A stretch of 64,000 bases of DNA from an uncultured virus (IMG/VR IMGVR_UViG_3300011813_000035) (taxonomy: Duplodnaviria; Heunggongvirae; Uroviricota; Caudoviricetes): positions 62,001 to 126,000 of IMG/VR virus record IMGVR_UViG_3300011813_000035; one strand, 5' to 3'. Below, one piece after another: positions 29,067 to 39,264 of this stretch. Position 1 is the first letter of the stretch, and each line of letters begins with the position of its first letter. A program made the position numbers and the translations under genes. The notes under the pieces are model-generated. The model did no database searches. It was not told the DNA's origin and saw nothing but the letters and a program-made list of their open reading frames with translations.

Positions 29067-30212
29067 ATAAGAGTTTATAAAGAGAAACAGTTTCTCATCT
29101 TTGATTATGAAGATGGAAGAACTGTGAAATATGATTTTGCAACAAAACAATCTATTGGAATTAAAGGTAAGCCAGTAACAAAGCTATGCAATCAGCTAAG
29201 AGGACTTACAATGGAACAACTATGTGAATATTGTGATGACAAGAAATATGCAAAATTTTTAAAGTTTGTCCAGAAGAAGGAATCAAAAACTTATTATGGT
29301 ATTAACAACATTGGTACTATTTTAGATAGAGTCCCGTTGTATTCGAATTATGAGCAATTATTCTCAGCGGGAATTGATGAATTGTTAGATAGTGGTAGAG
29401 ATGCAGGAATGTTTAAATACACAATAAAAGACATTCCAAAAGCCCTCATCAAATTATGTAATGGTCATAGCATAAAGCTTTCAAATAATTTGTTGGATTA
29501 CTACAAATCGAATCCTGATGCGCATTTAATTGCCTATAATTTGGAATACATGAGTCTAAATGATAATGATATTTTTAAGATATGGTCATCGTGTAGCTAT
29601 GATTACGACAGAGAGACAGGGCGGCATTATTGGTCGTATTACAATAAACTGTTAAGCGATTATGGTTATTCAGCAAAAGTTTTATTACTTTATATTGATC
29701 AATTAAAAACATTCGAGGCTTTAGATGACATAGGTTCTATATTGACAGAATTATATGATTACGCAAATATGATGAACACTATAAGTCCAAGGTTTGATAA
29801 ATATCCTAGACACTTTCTAACAACGCATAAGATAGCCAGTCGCAATTATGAAAGATTAAAGAAAAAATTCTCAGAAGATATATTTAAAACGAGAATTGAT
29901 AAATCTCTTGAGTTTGCGTTTAAAGATTACATATTTATATACCCGGAATCAACAGAAGATATCAAAACTGAGGCTGTACGTCAGAATAATTGCGTGGCAT
30001 CGTATATTGATAAGGTTATTGATGGTACGTGCCATATTCTCTTTATGAGGAAAAAGAGTGAACCAGATGAAAGTCTAGTTACTATTGAGATAAGAGATAA
30101 TCACATTGTTCAAGCAAAGAGAAGATTTAACGATCCTGTAACAAAGGAGGATCAAGAAGCTATAGATAAATGGAACAAAAAGTTTTCTAAAAGAGAGGAG
30201 AAAGCAGCATGA
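29067..30212 (+). CDS. PcfJ-like domain protein (probable ATA start at 29067; ORF track starts at 29124)
   Basis: 'EAVRQNNCVASY...ILFMRKK....SLVTIE' PcfJ signature. Confidence 0.8.
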   Translation: MRVYKEKQFLIFDYEDGRTVKYDFATKQSIGIKGKPVTKLCNQLRGLTMEQLCEYCDDKKYAKFLKFVQKKESKTYYGINNIGTILDRVPLYSNYEQLFSAGIDELLDSGRDAGMFKYTIKDIPKALIKLCNGHSIKLSNNLLDYYKSNPDAHLIAYNLEYMSLNDNDIFKIWSSCSYDYDRETGRHYWSYYNKLLSDYGYSAKVLLLYIDQLKTFEALDDIGSILTELYDYANMMNTISPRFDKYPRHFLTTHKIASRNYERLKKKFSEDIFKTRIDKSLEFAFKDYIFIYPESTEDIKTEAVRQNNCVASYIDKVIDGTCHILFMRKKSEPDESLVTIEIRDNHIVQAKRRFNDPVTKEDQEAIDKWNKKFSKREEKAA

Positions 30213-30661
30213 TTAAAGGAGATAAAATTAAACTGGTAAAGCCTATGGGAGCATTTACGAATGTTGGTGAAGTATGCGAGGTCACAGATGTTACGGAAGG
30301 TGGTGTTATTAGTTTCAGATTTGGAGGAGTCCATCTTGGTTGTATGTCATATGATGAATATGAAAAATATTTTGAACCTTATGAAGAGCCTGTAAAGGTT
30401 GAAAGAGAATGGACAGAATGGGAAGAATGCGAAATTGAATATGTTAATGAAAACGGCCTTAGCGATGTAATTATCGAAACCCGTGATAATGGTAAAAAAT
30501 ATCAAGTTAGAACCGTTGATTTCTTTGTCAATTTAAGAGCAGAGTCTACGTGCTCTCCATCTGACGAATTTAATTTTGAAGTCGGATATGATTTGACGGT
30601 TGCAAGATTGAGAGCAAAAATGGCAGCGTGTGATGTAAAGCGACTTGCTTCGTCGATGTAA
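30209..30661 (+). CDS. Hypothetical protein
   Basis: GAGGAG RBS, ATGA overlap with the upstream gene. Confidence 0.7.
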   Translation: MIKGDKIKLVKPMGAFTNVGEVCEVTDVTEGGVISFRFGGVHLGCMSYDEYEKYFEPYEEPVKVEREWTEWEECEIEYVNENGLSDVIIETRDNGKKYQVRTVDFFVNLRAESTCSPSDEFNFEVGYDLTVARLRAKMAACDVKRLASSM

Positions 30662-30971
30662 TTTCACATTAAAATTCCTGTTTCATCAGGAAAATCAACA
30701 CCCATCAAATTGGTTTGGCGGCTAATGAGATGGTCAACACAAGTATATAAATTCAATCAAAAATTTCCCTATATAAATTATAACTGAATAGAGAATATCT
30801 GTACGGGTGCTGAAATAGCTCACCCTTGGGGGAGTTCGCCCATAAATAGCTGTTTTTACATAGATTTTCATATAGAGTGAGTTTCTATGTTCCGTCCGGG
30901 AGGGCGTTCACATATATCAATTTACATTGGTAACATTTAATAATTTTATTACATAAAGGAGATTTAAAAAC

Positions 30972-31889
30972 ATGAGCGACAAGATTAAACAAACAGTAAA
31001 CAATGTGGTACTCACAGGTAAAGTAGCTGAATTTGAGAAAAGAGAAGCTAAGACAAAAGCCGGTATTCCTTATATCAGCGTGAAAGGTGTAATTCAGTTT
31101 GGCGATTCCAAAGCTGAAAGTAGACATTTTGAGAAGTTCTGCCAGGAGTACACTGAAAAAGACGGTAAGAAGAAAGAAAATAAGGCTTATCCAAAGGTTG
31201 TTGAGTGGGCAAACAAGGTTAAATCTGTTGCAGATTCTTCTTACGACGAAGCAACTGAGGTTAGTATTTCAGGAAGTTTCGCTAACAATGACTATGTAAA
31301 TGCAGAAGAGAAGTTAATTGAAGCAACAAAGATTGACGCAGCGTTTTTCAACGATGTTGATGGCGATTATAGGGGAACTGCTGATATTGAAGGATATATC
31401 CAGTCAATTAATCCAGAGACAAAGGGCGAGGATAAAGATGAAACTGGCCGTTTAAGAGTAACAATTCTTACAACAGATTTCTTCGGAAATGTTATTCCAA
31501 TTAAAAGCATTGTTGTGCCTGCTGAATTGAAAGAAGGATTTGAAGATGCATATGAAGTGGGACAGACAGCAAAAGTATATGTCGATTTCAAGCTGAATAA
31601 GGCAGAACCAAAGCCCAAGAAAAAGGGCGGTCTCGGTGTACAGAGAGAAACTGAAGGAAAGTCCTATGTTGAAATGGTTTTGACAGGAGCTGATCCAGCG
31701 ATTGAAGACGATGAAGAAGGTGCTTTATCCAAGGAAGCAGTGAGAATCGCTTTAGCTGAGAGAAAGGCAATGTTGAAAGAACTTGAAGAAAAGGGATATC
31801 AGGGTGGAAACAAGTCTGGTAAAGCAATTGGTGGAACATCATCTAATTCAAGACCAGCACCAGTAGCGGATGAAGAGATGCCTTTCTAG
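30972..31889 (+). CDS. Single-stranded DNA-binding protein (tandem OB-fold type)
   Basis: 'NNVVLTG' start, acidic tail ending EEMPF, first gene of the replication operon. Confidence 0.7.
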   Translation: MSDKIKQTVNNVVLTGKVAEFEKREAKTKAGIPYISVKGVIQFGDSKAESRHFEKFCQEYTEKDGKKKENKAYPKVVEWANKVKSVADSSYDEATEVSISGSFANNDYVNAEEKLIEATKIDAAFFNDVDGDYRGTADIEGYIQSINPETKGEDKDETGRLRVTILTTDFFGNVIPIKSIVVPAELKEGFEDAYEVGQTAKVYVDFKLNKAEPKPKKKGGLGVQRETEGKSYVEMVLTGADPAIEDDEEGALSKEAVRIALAERKAMLKELEEKGYQGGNKSGKAIGGTSSNSRPAPVADEEMPF

Positions 31890-31932
31890 GCACTCTCTTC
31901 GCTATGGACTATAAATAGTAAGGACGCGGCAG

Positions 31933-33111
31933 TTGAAAGCAGAACAGTTTAGGTACGATGTTGGACAGATTATTGGCAATGTTACTATTACGGGACGATT
32001 CAGAGACAGTAAGCGTAATGCCAAGAGATATTATTATTGCTGCAATTTGTGTGGTAATGAAGATGAAACAGTAGAACTTACACTGAAAAGAGTTATAGAT
32101 AATAATGGCGTGGTTTGTAACACTTGTACTGGAATGAAGGTAAAAGCTGGGATTAATGATATCCCAACTACTGCCTCTTGGATGATTTCATATTTTCAAG
32201 GCGGTTATGAAGAAGCAATATTATATAGTCGTTGCAGTCATAAAAAAGTTGCTTTTAAGTGTCCTGACTGTGGAAGAATAAAATCAAAACCTACTATGAT
32301 TAAAGATTTGTATTTCACACATCTTATTCATTGTAGCTGTGGAGACGGGTATAGCTATCCTAACAAGTACATGTATTCAGCACTAGAGCAAATTGGTGTT
32401 GAGTTTATTTCAGAATACACGCCGACATGGATAAAACCTAAAAGATATGATTTCTATATTCCTAGTAAGAGTGTAATTATTGAAATGGACGGTGGCATTG
32501 GACACGGACATACAAATAAACTAAGTAAGCTCAAACCTTCTGAGCACATTCAGAAGGATAAATATAAGGATTTAAAAGCAACTGAAAATGGTATTAAAGT
32601 GATAAGAATTGATTGTCTAGTAAGCGATAGTGGTTACATAAGTAAGAACATAATTGAGAGTAAGGTATTTACAGAAGAAGAACTGGAATTAGTAGATTTT
32701 CACCTATGTGACAAATTTGCAACTAGTAATAAAGCGAAAGAAGTATGCGAATTTTATGAAAATAACAAACCTATTTCTACTTCTAAAATATATGACAAAT
32801 TCAAAATGAGTCCTAGTGCCGTTTGGAAGTATCTCACAATGGGAAATTCCTTTGAGTGGTGCGATTACGAAGGCAAAAGTATTATGAGGAATAATGGATT
32901 AAGTAGGAGAAAACCTGTGTCAATTTTTAAAGATGACATGTTACTCAGAACCTACAATTCTGTTCAGGAATTGTGTAGTAAGAGCGAAGAAGATTTTGGA
33001 ATTCGGTTCACAAAGTCTTGCGTATCAGCAGTAGCACGCAACGAAACAAGCAAATATAAAGAATTTAATTTTAAATATGAAAAGCAAAAGGAGATACAAA
33101 ATGAGTATTGA
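31933..33111 (+). mobile_element. Free-standing homing-endonuclease-like gene (zinc ribbons, PD-(D/E)xK-like core, NUMOD-like tail)
   Basis: CxxC ribbons, 'YDFYIP....IIEMDG..GH', C-terminal 'YNSVQE...VSAVAR'; overlaps the next gene's RBS and start. Confidence 0.7.
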
Positions 33112-34120
33112 TATTTTTAATATTGAGCCTAGCACTATTAGTAGAGACTTAAGCGGTAAATCATTTTTGATTTATGGAGATAAAAAATCAGGAAAGACAA
33201 GTAATGCTGTTAAGTTCCCAAAGCCTATTCTTGTGGCTTTTGAGAAAGGTTACAACATGTTATCTGGCGTAATGGCACAACCAATCAATAAGTGGAAAGA
33301 AGCATTGGATGTTAAGAAGCAGTTGCTGAAGGATGCAAAAGCCGTTGAAGATGGGGAAAAAGATGAAACAGTATTTAAGACGGTAATTGTGGATACCGCG
33401 GACTTAGCATACGACATGTGCGAAGCATACATTCTTGCTAAAGAGGGCGTTGATTACCTTGATGAAACAGAATCTAAGCGTGGTTACAAGGCAGTGGAAA
33501 GAGAATATGACGCTTATTTCCAGGATATCGTAAAGGCTGGATACACATTAGTTGTAATTTCTCATAGTGAAACAAAGCAGATTAAAGAGAATGGCGAAAA
33601 GTATGATAAAACTCAGCCAACAGTAGATAGAAGAGGTTTGAAAGTGCTTGCAAGACTTGTAGATGTTATCGGATATTCTACGTTTGAACCTACTGAAAGT
33701 AGCGAAAATAGAATGGTTCTGTATCTAAGAGGCAGCAAAGAGTTGGAAGCTGGTTCAAGAAACAAGTATATGTCAGCTAAGATTCCATTCACATATACTG
33801 CATTACTTGAAGACATGCAGCAAGCAATTGACAAGCTAGAAAAAGAAGATGGAGCAAAAGTATCTGACAAACCTATTGATGTATATAAAGATCAGACCGA
33901 TGTTGCTGATTTCAAACAAACAGTTGCTAAAATCGGTAAGATTGCAAAGGCATTAAATGAGCAGGGGGCAATGGACAAGTACCAGTCTGTAACGAATAAC
34001 AGACTTGGCAAGGGAAAACTTGTAAGAGATTGTGATGCTACACAGATTGATTTGCTTATGTTAATTCTTGATGATTTACAAGATTTGACTAAAGAGGAAG
34101 GCATGTTAATCGAAGAGTAG
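33101..34120 (+). CDS. AAA ATPase (AAA_24/Sak4-like)
   Basis: Walker A GDKKSGKT, Walker B VIVD. Confidence 0.8.
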   Translation: MSIDIFNIEPSTISRDLSGKSFLIYGDKKSGKTSNAVKFPKPILVAFEKGYNMLSGVMAQPINKWKEALDVKKQLLKDAKAVEDGEKDETVFKTVIVDTADLAYDMCEAYILAKEGVDYLDETESKRGYKAVEREYDAYFQDIVKAGYTLVVISHSETKQIKENGEKYDKTQPTVDRRGLKVLARLVDVIGYSTFEPTESSENRMVLYLRGSKELEAGSRNKYMSAKIPFTYTALLEDMQQAIDKLEKEDGAKVSDKPIDVYKDQTDVADFKQTVAKIGKIAKALNEQGAMDKYQSVTNNRLGKGKLVRDCDATQIDLLMLILDDLQDLTKEEGMLIEE

Positions 34121-34139
34121 AAAGGATTGGTAGTTTTGG

Positions 34140-34634
34140 ATGGCTAGAAATGTAAAGTGTCCTGAATGTGGAACCTTCAATGATAAAGAAAACGCTATAT
34201 ACCACAATTCCAAATACTACTGTAAAGTTTGCTACGACAATAAGATGCGTGAGTCTCAAGACTATAAAGATTTGATTGCCTATATATGCGAATTATATGA
34301 AATAGATGCTCCGACAGGCTGGATGTTGAAACAGATAAAAGACTTCAAAGAGCAGTTTCATTACACATATAGAGGCATGAAGACTACGTTAAATTTCTTC
34401 TATGAAATTCAAGAAGGGCATGATACCGCTGATAGTATGGGAATTGGTATCATCCCTTTTGTATATGATGATGCTAAAAAGTTCTATGTAGACAAGAAAG
34501 CGGTAAAAGACAGTGTTACTGAAGTGAGCCTTGAAAATATAGCATCGAATAAGAGGATTATCAAAGTGAAACGTGGTAAAGAAAGTGAGAATTTATATAA
34601 GGATATAGCATTTATTGACATAGGCAAATTATGA
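34140..34634 (+). CDS. Zinc-finger replication accessory protein
   Basis: CPEC...CKVC; directly upstream of the helicase. Confidence 0.7.
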   Translation: MARNVKCPECGTFNDKENAIYHNSKYYCKVCYDNKMRESQDYKDLIAYICELYEIDAPTGWMLKQIKDFKEQFHYTYRGMKTTLNFFYEIQEGHDTADSMGIGIIPFVYDDAKKFYVDKKAVKDSVTEVSLENIASNKRIIKVKRGKESENLYKDIAFIDIGKL

Positions 34635-34650
34635 AAGGATAAAGTTACAC

Positions 34651-36276
34651 TTGAATAAAAGTAAATTAAACAGTTATCAAAGCAAACAAGCCGTAAGAGA
34701 AATTATCGGGGGATTATTGCAAGAACCTTCTTTGATTAGAGAGTATAAAATTGTACAAAGTGACTTCCCAGAAACCTTTCATAAGCTAATATTTGCGTCC
34801 ATCAACAATCTGTTTAAAAAGGGAGCGGAGGCAGTAGATTCGGTTGCCATTGATGAATATCTTTCGCATTATGAAACACAGTACCAAGTATTTGTGAAGA
34901 ATAATGGAATTGAATTTCTTGAAAAGGTACAAGAAATGGCAATGCAGAATAATTTTAAGTATTATTTCGACCAAATGAAAAAGTTTTCTCTTCTTAGAAG
35001 TTATGTTGAGAATGGTATTGATGTTTCTGACTTTTATGATCCAAACGAGATTGACCCAGTGACCATTGAATCACAGAGGAAAATGCTTGATGAGTATTCC
35101 ATTCAGGATATTATCAATCATTTTAAGAAAAAACAGTCTAAGATTATTGCTCCTTTCCTTAATACAGAAGGTAGGGACTCTAAAAAAGCCGGCGTTGGTG
35201 GTCATGAACAGAAAGAAAAATGGAAGAATGATACAGCATGGGGATTAGGATATTCGAGTGCTTATCTGACAACTATATTACATGGGTTGAGGAAACGAAG
35301 ATTCAACGTAAAGTCAGCAGGAACAGGAGTCGGGAAGACCAGAACGAGTATTGCAGATATTGGTTATGCGTGTGCACCATATTATTATGACAGCAATTTA
35401 GACAAATGGTGTAAGAACCCAAATGGCATAAAGAATGGTGCTTTGTATATCGGTACTGAAATGGAATTGTTGGAAGAAATTGACCCTATTCTATGGGCTT
35501 ATATAGCAGATGTGCCACAAGATCATATTGAATTTAACCTCTATGAAGAGGGAGAAGAAGAAAGAGTAGACAAAGCAATTGATATTTTGGAACACGAAGC
35601 AAACATTTGGTTCGAGTATGTACCAGAATACGATGCAAACACTTTATCAGAAGTAATTGAACATCATAAGCTAGAGCACAATATTGGCCATGTATGGTTT
35701 GACTATATCAGTGCAACTGTAGAACTGAATAGTGAATATGCAGCGGAATCCAAAACAAAAATGGTTGTAAGAGAAGACCAAGTATTATCAAATCTCTCAA
35801 AAAAATTAAAAAATTTTAGTAGGGAATTTGATGTATCTATTGATTCATTCACACAGGTAACGGGAGACTTCAAGAATGAAGCAAATCGTGATCAAACAAT
35901 TGTAAGAGGCGCAAAATCTATCATCGACAAATGTGATGGGGCAATAATTGCAATGCCACCATCGGAGAAGGAATTAAAAAAGATTGAGCCTATTCTCCGT
36001 GAAATGTTGAACAGGCCAACACCTAATTTGGTTTACTCTCTGTATAAAAATAGAGGCGGTAAATGGAATAAGATAAAGATTTGGCTTTACATAGACTATG
36101 GAACCATGAGAACACACGATTTATTTGTCACTGACTATGAATACAAATTGGTCAAAGACATAGAAAAGACATACATAAATGTAGATGATGAAAGCTACGC
36201 TACCGATAAGCCAACAGTCAATCCAGTAGATAACTTAGTGATTGAGGAAAATACAGTTAAAGAAATCGAATTTTAA
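34651..36276 (+). CDS. dnaB: DnaB-like replicative helicase
   Basis: AGTGVGKT, 'TEM', 'FDYI', 'KNRGG'. Confidence 0.85.
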   Translation: MNKSKLNSYQSKQAVREIIGGLLQEPSLIREYKIVQSDFPETFHKLIFASINNLFKKGAEAVDSVAIDEYLSHYETQYQVFVKNNGIEFLEKVQEMAMQNNFKYYFDQMKKFSLLRSYVENGIDVSDFYDPNEIDPVTIESQRKMLDEYSIQDIINHFKKKQSKIIAPFLNTEGRDSKKAGVGGHEQKEKWKNDTAWGLGYSSAYLTTILHGLRKRRFNVKSAGTGVGKTRTSIADIGYACAPYYYDSNLDKWCKNPNGIKNGALYIGTEMELLEEIDPILWAYIADVPQDHIEFNLYEEGEEERVDKAIDILEHEANIWFEYVPEYDANTLSEVIEHHKLEHNIGHVWFDYISATVELNSEYAAESKTKMVVREDQVLSNLSKKLKNFSREFDVSIDSFTQVTGDFKNEANRDQTIVRGAKSIIDKCDGAIIAMPPSEKELKKIEPILREMLNRPTPNLVYSLYKNRGGKWNKIKIWLYIDYGTMRTHDLFVTDYEYKLVKDIEKTYINVDDESYATDKPTVNPVDNLVIEENTVKEIEF

Positions 36277-36287
36277 GAGGTGATACT

Positions 36288-37412
36288 TTGATAGATAAAG
36301 ATTATCTACTGGAACTTATCACTGAAGAACAGATTTTAAGGATGTTGGAAAGGTTTGGTGCAGTTCCTTTCGGAGCAATAAAAGATAAAGAGATATGGTT
36401 TCAAACCATCTGTCACAGTGGTAATAGTCATAAACTCTGTTATTTCAGAGAAAGCAAATCATTTTATTGCTATACAAACTGTGGTCAAATGAGCTTATTT
36501 AACTTCGCTATGAAAGTGAAAAACTGCACATTTCCAGAAGCAATTACATTTGTTGCAAATGAAATAGGAATCAGCAATAGGTACGGATTTAATACAATGT
36601 ATATTTCAAGCAATCAAGAACTTATGAAGATTGATAGATATATTCAGATACGAAGGCATGCCAAAAAGGAAATAAAACAACTACCTAAAATAGAGACAAA
36701 TATCCTTAATTATTTTGAAGATGACGTATTTTATACCGGATGGATTAACGAAGGTATAAGTATTAAAACGATGAAAGAGTTTGGTATTCATTGGTATGAA
36801 TTACAGAAACATATTATCATTCCACATACAAATGTTAACGGTGAATTAGTGGGCATAAGGCGTAGAAGTTTACAGGAGAAGGATGCTAAAAACAAATATA
36901 TGCCCGAAATAATACAGGGTGTTACATACGCCCACTCATTGAATCTGAATCTGTACGGATTAGATATACACCTAAATGGCATTAAAAAGTCAAAGAAAGT
37001 ACTGATTGTAGAGTCCGAAAAATCGGTAATGTTAGCCCAAGATTATTATGGGGAAGACACATTTGTAGTTGCCACATGTGGATTTAATATAAGTAATTGG
37101 CAGAGGGATATGTTGCTTAGCCTCGGAGTTGAGGAGGTGATATTAGGTTACGACAAAGATTTTGATGTGTTGGAATTTGAAGATTATGATCCTGACAGCG
37201 AAGAATACAAGAAGTACGAGCGATTTGTAAATCGAATATATTCCTTAGCACACAAGTTTACGTCTTATTGTAGGACTTATGTGTTGTGGGACAACTTGGG
37301 ATTGTTGCAAAAGAAGGATTCGCCATTTGATAGAGGCAAAGAAGTATTGGAAACTCTTATGAAAAATAAGATTGAGATTAACACTGAAAGAGAGGAAGAA
37401 AATACATATTGA
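36288..37412 (+). CDS. dnaG: DNA primase (zinc finger plus TOPRIM)
   Basis: CH...CYTNC zinc knuckle, 'VESEKSV', 'YDKD'. Confidence 0.85.
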   Translation: MIDKDYLLELITEEQILRMLERFGAVPFGAIKDKEIWFQTICHSGNSHKLCYFRESKSFYCYTNCGQMSLFNFAMKVKNCTFPEAITFVANEIGISNRYGFNTMYISSNQELMKIDRYIQIRRHAKKEIKQLPKIETNILNYFEDDVFYTGWINEGISIKTMKEFGIHWYELQKHIIIPHTNVNGELVGIRRRSLQEKDAKNKYMPEIIQGVTYAHSLNLNLYGLDIHLNGIKKSKKVLIVESEKSVMLAQDYYGEDTFVVATCGFNISNWQRDMLLSLGVEEVILGYDKDFDVLEFEDYDPDSEEYKKYERFVNRIYSLAHKFTSYCRTYVLWDNLGLLQKKDSPFDRGKEVLETLMKNKIEINTEREEENTY

Positions 37413-39250
37413 ATAGATTACTATGGAATACTGCTCATAAAGTTGCTTTCAATAAGGAATGTGATTTTTTGGAAACGATATTAACAGCAAATGGAGTAGA
37501 TGATATATATGGATTTTTACACGTAAACAAAATCAATACATATGACCCATTCTTATTTAGAAATATGAAAGAGGGAATTGAACTTTTACATAAAGTTTTA
37601 GAAAAAGAAAACCCAAAGATTTTTTTAAAACCAGATTGTGATGTTGATGGAATGACAAGTGCCGCCTATATTAAACAATTTATTGAGCAAATTTGCCCTT
37701 TGGTAGAAATCGTATATAAGGTAAATATTAATAAAGAACATGGATTAAAGCCATCTGATTACGCAGGATATGATGATTTGGATTTGATTATTGTACCAGA
37801 TGCTTCATTAACACCAGATAAAAATGAAAAGGGAGAAGATATATATGAGTTTGGTAATGCGCCAATTCTTATTTTAGACCATCACGAAATTGTTCAGGGA
37901 CATTACAATTACGCAACACTTATTAACTGTACAGATGGTAAATATCCCAATCCTACATTATCAGGTGTTGGCGTAGTACACAAATTTTGCTTGGCATATG
38001 CGAAGGAATATGGAATCAAAGAGGAAGTATGTAATTACTATTTAGACATGGTTTCGCTTGGAATGATTGCTGATTCAATGGACATGAGGAATTTCGAGAC
38101 AAGATATTATGCCTTAGAAGGACTCAAGGAAGAGAATCAACACAATCTTCTTATCAAAGAATTAGCAATCCAGAATGAAGAGGAGATGAAAATTGGTCAT
38201 ACATTGACAACGTATGGTTGGGTAATTGCACCAAAACTTAATGGAGCAATCCGTTATGGCAAAGAGGATGAACAAATTGATTTATTTCGTGCTATTTGTG
38301 GAGAAATAGAAGATAGAGAGTATCAACCAAGAAGACCAAGAGGAGCTGACAAGGATAGTCCAAAACCTCCTATTGAAATTCATTCGTTACAGAAAACAAT
38401 GGCTAGAGTATGTACGAACATTAAGTCTCGACAAGATAAAGATGTAAGAACCTTCATGAAAGATATTGACGATGCTATCCAAGAACAGGAACTTTTTAAG
38501 AATAGTGTAATCATAGTAGATGGTACGAATATTCTCACGAAGAAAACAGTAACCGGGTTAGTAGCAAATAAGTTAGCAGAGAAGTATCAACGACCTGTTG
38601 TTATCTTGAAAGACAAAGATTCAGATACTTTTGGCGGTTCTGGTCGAGGATATGACAAGGGTGTGATTGATGATTTCCGTCAGTTCCTTCTAGAAACAAA
38701 TGCTTTTGATGATTGTTTAGGACATGCTGGCGCATTCGGTATCACATTGAAGAAAGAGAACTTGCCAATAGCTATTGCAGAATGTAATAAGAAACTGAAA
38801 CTGGATGATCTTGTAACAATTCATGATGTTGATTATGAAATAGATGGCAATATCCTCACTACACAACAGGTGATGAAAGTAGCTGAATCATATAAGATAT
38901 GGGGAAAAGGCGTAAATGAACCTGTATTTGCTATTACCAATATAGAGATTCCTGCCAAAGAAATTACCGGGTATGGCGATAATAACGGCTTCATTAAATT
39001 CGTATACAATAATGTAGACTATATAAAAAAGTATTGTTGTAAGGGTGAGTTTGAGGCAATGACTTTAAGAGATAGAACTATGTTGGGTGAGAATGCCAAG
39101 ACATTACATATGACGATTATCGGTACATTCACATTAAATGAATGGGAAGGTCAGAGATACCCGCAGGTGAAAATTAAGTATTTTGAGAGTGATGAGTACA
39201 TTCCCACAAGTAAAAATAACATTACACTGGAAGACGATTTTCTATTCTAA
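37409..39250 (+). CDS. recJ: RecJ-like ssDNA exonuclease (DHH family)
   Basis: DCDVDG, DHH, GSGR, GHAGAFG. Confidence 0.9.
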   Translation: MNRLLWNTAHKVAFNKECDFLETILTANGVDDIYGFLHVNKINTYDPFLFRNMKEGIELLHKVLEKENPKIFLKPDCDVDGMTSAAYIKQFIEQICPLVEIVYKVNINKEHGLKPSDYAGYDDLDLIIVPDASLTPDKNEKGEDIYEFGNAPILILDHHEIVQGHYNYATLINCTDGKYPNPTLSGVGVVHKFCLAYAKEYGIKEEVCNYYLDMVSLGMIADSMDMRNFETRYYALEGLKEENQHNLLIKELAIQNEEEMKIGHTLTTYGWVIAPKLNGAIRYGKEDEQIDLFRAICGEIEDREYQPRRPRGADKDSPKPPIEIHSLQKTMARVCTNIKSRQDKDVRTFMKDIDDAIQEQELFKNSVIIVDGTNILTKKTVTGLVANKLAEKYQRPVVILKDKDSDTFGGSGRGYDKGVIDDFRQFLLETNAFDDCLGHAGAFGITLKKENLPIAIAECNKKLKLDDLVTIHDVDYEIDGNILTTQQVMKVAESYKIWGKGVNEPVFAITNIEIPAKEITGYGDNNGFIKFVYNNVDYIKKYCCKGEFEAMTLRDRTMLGENAKTLHMTIIGTFTLNEWEGQRYPQVKIKYFESDEYIPTSKNNITLEDDFLF

Positions 39251-39264
39251 GAAAGAGAGGAAGC

